A stretch of DNA of 58,523 nt, from NCBI GenBank assembly GCA_019322475.1, contig JAHWIN010000031.1, forward strand, positions 1 to 58,523, given 5' to 3'. The notes below the pieces were generated by a model. It saw only the letters and a list, made by a program, of their open reading frames with translations. It ran no database searches and had not been told where the DNA came from. Shown one piece after another: positions 54,298 through 58,523 of the stretch. The DNA is from Candidatus Woesearchaeota archaeon. Its GTDB lineage: Archaea > Nanobdellota > Nanobdellia > Woesearchaeales > JACPBV01. A program made the position numbers and the translations under genes. Every line of letters begins with the position of its first letter. The stretch's first letter is position 1.

Positions 54298-55494
54298 TTA
54301 TGTACCAGGTGCAGCAGATTTCCCCTTATTCCTGTCAGGGACAAAGAGAAGGAACAGAAGGCCTAATGCAAAGAACAATAACAGGACTGTCAGGGCAGCA
54401 TTGTAGCCGGCCTTGACTACAACAAAGCCGAATATTATGGGGCCTAAGACACCTGAGAATTTTTCTGTCAGGCCCTGAAACCCGAAAAGCTGGGCAACCT
54501 TATTTTTTGGAGCAAGGTTTACAAGCATGGGCCTTGTCACTGTCCATACTGCGCCTAAGGCAGCCCCTCCGAGGCAGCCTGCTATTATGAATGTTGTTAT
54601 GCTGGACAGCTCCATAAGAAGGACTATTATGAATGCCCAAGTCAGCAAAAGGGTTATGAGCGTCCTTTTGGGGCCTATCAGGTCTGAGACCTTTCCAAAA
54701 GCCAACGACCCTATTATCGCTGCAAGCGCAAAAAGGGCATAAAAATAGAAGAATGTTGTCAGGCTTAGGCTTATCTGCTCTTTTGCATACAGGTAAAGAA
54801 AAAGGATGACAGTGTTCATGCCGTCTGTGTAAAGGAAGGAGGCTATCAAAAACGGAAGAAGGCCCTTGTGCTGGGGCATATTCCTGAAGGTATCTTTTAT
54901 ATGGCGGAATGCCTTTTTCATGTTTTCCTTAAGCGGGAGTGCTGCTTTTTTTGCCTTGTCCTTTACAAGCTTAAACGTGACCAATGAGAACGAAAGGAAG
55001 AATAGTGCAGTGAAGGGAAATATGGCTTTTATCCCTGTTACTGAGCCCCATCCAAAAAAGCTTATGATGCAATAGGCTATCGCCAGGCTTAATATAACGC
55101 CTACATAGCCGAGGGCAACACCATAGCCTGATATCTTTCCCCTGTTTTCGCTTGTCGATATGTCGACCAGCTTGGCATCATATACATCGAGGGCGGTGTG
55201 GTAGCTCAACATGGCTATAAGGGCAAAGGCAAGGGCGAAGTAAAGAGGGACATAAGCTGTCAATGCCGTAAATATGACGCATATGATGGTAAAGGATATT
55301 ATGAAGCTCATCCTTTTTCCGCTGACATCAGACAGGGCTCCTATGAAAGGGACGATAATGCCTGCCAGGAGCATCGAGATGCCTGAAACAAGCCCTATCT
55401 GGAACTCATTTCCCCCTAAGTATACCTTGACAAGCAGGGGAAAGAAGAACGTGATGAAAAGGGCTGAGAAAGCTGTGTTTGCCAGATCATACAT
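54298..55494 (-). CDS. MFS transporter (N-terminus resembles the UMF1/Atg22-like subfamily)
   Basis: About 12 predicted hydrophobic helices. The N-terminal YDLANTAFSALFITFFFP resembles the YDWANSAY motif I associate with UMF1-family MFS proteins. The gene lies 23 nt downstream of the acyl-ligase fusion. Confidence 0.7.
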   Translation of the reverse strand: MYDLANTAFSALFITFFFPLLVKVYLGGNEFQIGLVSGISMLLAGIIVPFIGALSDVSGKRMSFIISFTIICVIFTALTAYVPLYFALAFALIAMLSYHTALDVYDAKLVDISTSENRGKISGYGVALGYVGVILSLAIAYCIISFFGWGSVTGIKAIFPFTALFFLSFSLVTFKLVKDKAKKAALPLKENMKKAFRHIKDTFRNMPQHKGLLPFLIASFLYTDGMNTVILFLYLYAKEQISLSLTTFFYFYALFALAAIIGSLAFGKVSDLIGPKRTLITLLLTWAFIIVLLMELSSITTFIIAGCLGGAALGAVWTVTRPMLVNLAPKNKVAQLFGFQGLTEKFSGVLGPIIFGFVVVKAGYNAALTVLLLFFALGLLFLLFVPDRNKGKSAAPGT

Positions 55495-55517
55495 ACACCA
55501 GCCGAATATCTCTTTTT

Positions 55518-58016
55518 TTAGAGTGATTTTACACTATCCTCTATTTTTTTGGTAATCTCTGAGTACGGCGCATAGGTAGAATATAAACCTTTTGAAAATC
55601 CCAGGTATTGGCCAGGGTATATAGGCTTTCCGAACTTAAGCATAACCCTGCCCCTTTTTTTTGGGAAATTAGAGCCTCTTGGGAGTATCCGGAACAGCCC
55701 CTCTATCCTCACAGGGACTATAGGGACCTTCATGTTTGAGGCTATCAAACCTATGCCCTGCTTAAACGGCCTTATCTTTCCGTCTTTTGTCCTCTCGCCT
55801 TCAGGGAATATAAGTATGTTAAAGCCCCTGCTTATGAGCTCGCCTGTGTACCTTATGCTTTTTATGAAGCCTTTTTTTTGGGAGAAGAGGTATAGGTTAA
55901 GGAGAGCGGTTCCAAGCTCAAGCATGGCCCTTTTTTTTATCCGCTTAAAGACACTTTTCACTTCGAAATACTCTTTTGATGCTGCAATCGCCATATCTTT
56001 TTTGAGGTATGAAGGCAGCTTTGACATTATCACCAACGAGTCAAAATGGGAGGTGTGATTAGAGACAAAGATAACAGGAGGGCTTAATGGGCTTAGGTTC
56101 TCTTTCCCTTTGACATCTATGCTGCAGAAAATCCTCATTATAGGGAATATGAGCAGTTCCTGCGTTATGCGCCTTACCGTCTTTATGGGCCATCTCAATG
56201 CCCATCTTCTTTGCTTTTGCACTTCAGAAGCTTTTCTTTCTATCAGCTTTTTCAGGTCCCTTACTGTTGTCTTGTCCGTTATCAGCTCCTCTTCTATGTC
56301 GATATTGAACTCCTGCTCGATCTCTGAAACCAGCTCTACCCGGTCTATCGAGCTTAGCTTGAGATCATACACAAGGTTTGATCTGGGCCTTATGCTTCCT
56401 TCGCTTACCCCCTTTATGCCGGCGATGATAGAATATACCCTGCCTTTTTCCGGCTCTGTCCCCTGTTTTTTTCCCAGCACCTGCTTTTTTACAGCATCCC
56501 TTACAATGTTCTTCTTTATCTTCATAGTTGATGTCCTGGGGAAGTCCTTCATAGGCCATACCGTGCTGTCCTTGATCTGCTGGTATTGTGAAAGCCTTTT
56601 GTTTGCCTGTCTGATGATCTTCCCTGCTTCGTTCTCATGCCCTTTCTCCAGAAGAAGGACTGCGTGGACCTCTTCCTGGCCCTCCTCTTTTACTCCGATG
56701 ACACAGCTTTCCTTCACGCCTTTGATGCTGTTCACCACATCCTCTATGTCCTCAGGATAGACATTGACCCCTTCGGGAGTGGCTATCATGTCTTTTTTCC
56801 TGCCTTTTATGAACAGGAAGCCTTCATCGTCAAGGCACCCTATGTCTCCTGTGCGCATCCAATTATCTGCGAACAGCTTTTTTGTCTCTTCATCCCTCTT
56901 ATAATATCCCTGTGTTATATTGCTGCCTTTTACAAGTATCTCATCATACTGCCCTATCTTTACATGGACATCAGGAATAACTTTTCCTACAGAGCCGATC
57001 CTCCTTTTTTTAGGGGAATTGCAGGATACTACAGGAGAGCATTCAGTCAGGCCGTAACCCTGGATGAGCCTGAAGCCCATAGAGTCCCAGAACCTTTCCA
57101 GGCTTATGCTTAACGGAGAGCCTCCCACGATAAGGAACCTTACCTTGGGAAACAGCTTATGGACCTTCCTGAAAAATATCCTGCCTGAGAAAGGGACCCT
57201 TTCGGCTATCTTTAGCGACCTTTCAAGCGCCTTTTCCTTTCCCTTCTTTTTGGCTTCAGAGGTTATCCTTTTTTTCAGGGACTGAAGGATCCTTGGCACC
57301 AGGACCATGATAGTGATATCCTCCTTCAGGGCATCAAATATGGCTGAGGGCTTTAAGGATGAGATGTATACTATCGAAGAGCCTGAGCTTAACGGGGTAA
57401 AAAGGCCGACTGTCTGCTCAAAGAGGTGGCTTAAAGGAAGAAGGGAAAGGAACCTGTCTTTAGGGCTTAGCCTGAAGACCTTTTTAAGTGAGCTTATGTT
57501 TGATGTTATGTTCTTATGGGTAAGGATGACCCCTTTTGGGTTTCCTGTGGTCCCTGACGTGTAGACTATCTCCACTATGTCCTCTTTTTTTATGCTTTCT
57601 TTCTTTTCTGAAGGATTTATGCCTTCAAGGAGGAGATCCAGGTCTTCCAGGATAATCCTTTTTGCCTTGATCTTTGCGCTCCTGTATCTTGTAGAGAAAA
57701 GCAATCTGGGTTTAGCCTGCTGCATGACCCTCCCTATGAAGTCGTCTGTGCACCTTATGTCCAGGGGGACAAGGATCACGCCTTTTAATATTGCACCGAA
57801 GAAAACTATAAGGTATGCAGGGGAATTATAACCCATGACTGCGATCCTGTCACCTTTCCTTATGCCGCTCTTTTCCAGGAAGGCAGCAAATCTTTTTATA
57901 TAGCTGTGAAGCTTTGAGTAGGTCCAGCGGAACTCCCTGAATTCTGCCTTGTGGATGACAGCTATATCATTATCGTACTGCTTGAACCTGCTTACCAGTT
58001 GGACAAGTGTTTCCAT
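55518..58016 (-). CDS. Tri-domain fusion: acyl-AMP/CoA ligase (ANL) - phosphopantetheine carrier domain - PlsC/LPLAT acyltransferase
   Basis: ANL domain: VYTSGTTGNPKGV, GYGLTE, TGDIG, plus a late K. Carrier domain: LVYDLKLSSIDRVELVSEIE (DSL-type Ser). Acyltransferase domain: FVSNHTSHFDS (HxxxxD), IFPEGERTKDG, PIVPV. Confidence 0.8.
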   Translation of the reverse strand: METLVQLVSRFKQYDNDIAVIHKAEFREFRWTYSKLHSYIKRFAAFLEKSGIRKGDRIAVMGYNSPAYLIVFFGAILKGVILVPLDIRCTDDFIGRVMQQAKPRLLFSTRYRSAKIKAKRIILEDLDLLLEGINPSEKKESIKKEDIVEIVYTSGTTGNPKGVILTHKNITSNISSLKKVFRLSPKDRFLSLLPLSHLFEQTVGLFTPLSSGSSIVYISSLKPSAIFDALKEDITIMVLVPRILQSLKKRITSEAKKKGKEKALERSLKIAERVPFSGRIFFRKVHKLFPKVRFLIVGGSPLSISLERFWDSMGFRLIQGYGLTECSPVVSCNSPKKRRIGSVGKVIPDVHVKIGQYDEILVKGSNITQGYYKRDEETKKLFADNWMRTGDIGCLDDEGFLFIKGRKKDMIATPEGVNVYPEDIEDVVNSIKGVKESCVIGVKEEGQEEVHAVLLLEKGHENEAGKIIRQANKRLSQYQQIKDSTVWPMKDFPRTSTMKIKKNIVRDAVKKQVLGKKQGTEPEKGRVYSIIAGIKGVSEGSIRPRSNLVYDLKLSSIDRVELVSEIEQEFNIDIEEELITDKTTVRDLKKLIERKASEVQKQRRWALRWPIKTVRRITQELLIFPIMRIFCSIDVKGKENLSPLSPPVIFVSNHTSHFDSLVIMSKLPSYLKKDMAIAASKEYFEVKSVFKRIKKRAMLELGTALLNLYLFSQKKGFIKSIRYTGELISRGFNILIFPEGERTKDGKIRPFKQGIGLIASNMKVPIVPVRIEGLFRILPRGSNFPKKRGRVMLKFGKPIYPGQYLGFSKGLYSTYAPYSEITKKIEDSVKSL

Positions 58017-58017
58017 C

Positions 58018-58353
58018 TTATTTCAGGATAAGGGCTGCGTATGCGGCAGCATAGTCCTTGTCATGCGATATGCTGCAGGACATGCTTACCAGGCTTTTTA
58101 TCTTGATGTCTTCGCTTAGCGTCACTTTTGGCTCTCCGCTTCTCTTATTTGTTACTTCTATAGAAAGCCACCTGGGCTTTATCCCCAAAGCCTTGAAGAA
58201 CGCCTCTTTCAGGGCAAATATGCCTGCAAGGTGCTCTGCATCCATCACCTTAAGCTCGCTTTTGCTGAAGATCCTGCCAAGAACTCTCTTGTTTCTGGTT
58301 ATCTTTTCTATCCTGGGGATATAGGCTATGTCTATCCCTGTTTTTAGCTGCAT
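58018..58353 (-). CDS. acpS: Holo-[acyl-carrier-protein] synthase (AcpS-type 4'-phosphopantetheinyl transferase)
   Basis: GIDIAYIPRIEK...IFS..E.........LAGIFALKEAFFKALG...IEV.....GEPKV.L.........SISHDKDYAAA. The 111-aa length is typical of AcpS. Its stop lies 1 nt from the fusion gene's start. Confidence 0.75.
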   Translation of the reverse strand: MQLKTGIDIAYIPRIEKITRNKRVLGRIFSKSELKVMDAEHLAGIFALKEAFFKALGIKPRWLSIEVTNKRSGEPKVTLSEDIKIKSLVSMSCSISHDKDYAAAYAALILK

Positions 58354-58424
58354 ATACCATTCTTATCTTCTTTGTTTATAAATTTAACCTGTTTTCAGCC
58401 CCGTAGAAATCCTATGCTACTACA

Positions 58425-58463
58425 CTGACCATAACCCTAAACTTTGTTTAGGAACATGGTCAG
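58425..58463. other. Compound perfect hairpin: CTGACCAT-AAC-CCTAAAC-TTT-GTTTAGG-AAC-ATGGTCAG
   Basis: Read directly from the sequence. An 8-bp outer stem and a 7-bp inner stem are separated by a symmetric AAC/AAC internal loop. It lies 72 nt upstream of the acpS start, in unannotated sequence at the window edge. Confidence 0.6.
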
Positions 58464-58523
58464 CTCGCTTTGAAAAGCTTCGCTTTTCTAACCTCTTACC
58501 CTGCTTCGCAAGCTAAGACGTCC

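Noticed and set aside
54298-55494. Calling the MFS transporter an LplT ortholog to complete an exact LplT-Aas analogy
   Set aside because: The N-terminal YDLANTAF...FFP motif resembles the UMF1/Atg22-like MFS subfamily rather than what I recall of LplT. The operon analogy is kept only as a functional parallel.
1-58523. Search for tRNA, rRNA, CRISPR arrays, integrases/transposases, toxin-antitoxin or recognised defence genes
   Set aside because: I saw none by eye in any intergenic region or ORF translation. A tRNAscan/Rfam-type scan would be needed to exclude small RNAs formally.

Overview
This window is a compact archaeal chromosome segment. The evidence is archaea/eukaryote-type translation genes (L44e, S27e, S6e, L10e, aIF2-alpha, aIF2-gamma, Nop10), PurP, an Endonuclease Q-like gene, and TATA-like boxes about 25 nt upstream of several start codons. 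The small secreted Cys-rich proteome and patchy metabolism suggest a small-genome, DPANN-like lineage, but that is inference only. I found no rRNA, tRNA or CRISPR array by eye.

Layout:
- 1-8.4 kb: partial GT20 trehalose-6-phosphate-synthase-like gene and a purine block (two tandem purP paralogs, guaA subunit B, purF, a HIT protein, and a PurF-like paralog with Ser in place of the catalytic Cys).
- 8.5-21.4 kb: an unassigned amino-acid/peptide biosynthetic island and my top candidate for an undescribed system. It holds a KamA-type aminomutase, a PLP decarboxylase, a PP-loop enzyme, four diverged tandem Ddl-family ATP-grasp ligases, two GATase-like proteins, a CEOS-like dehydrogenase and a RimK-GNAT fusion.
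- 21.4-35 kb: mixed housekeeping genes, namely a CaCA exchanger, EndoQ, three Cys-less cupredoxin-like exported proteins, a duplicated small basic protein, a large secreted protein, a MITE-like element with terminal inverted repeats (TIRs) and a target-site duplication (TSD), an NFACT-R protein and split NAD(P)HX repair genes.
- 33.5-35.8 kb: the conserved L44e-S27e-aIF2alpha-Nop10-PAC2 operon.
- 36-44.7 kb: an island of five secreted or anchored surface proteins, including a 1213-aa Cys/Asp-rich repeat protein built from near-identical DNA repeats.
- 45-54 kb: housekeeping genes (AbrB-PhoU, aIF2gamma-S6e, SPFH, aminotransferase, MscS, L10e, UMP kinase).
- 54.3-58.4 kb: a bacterial-type acyl-lipid module (AcpS, an acyl-AMP ligase-carrier-acyltransferase fusion, and an MFS transporter), which is unexpected in an archaeon.

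All functional calls rest on motifs read from the supplied translations. No database search was run.
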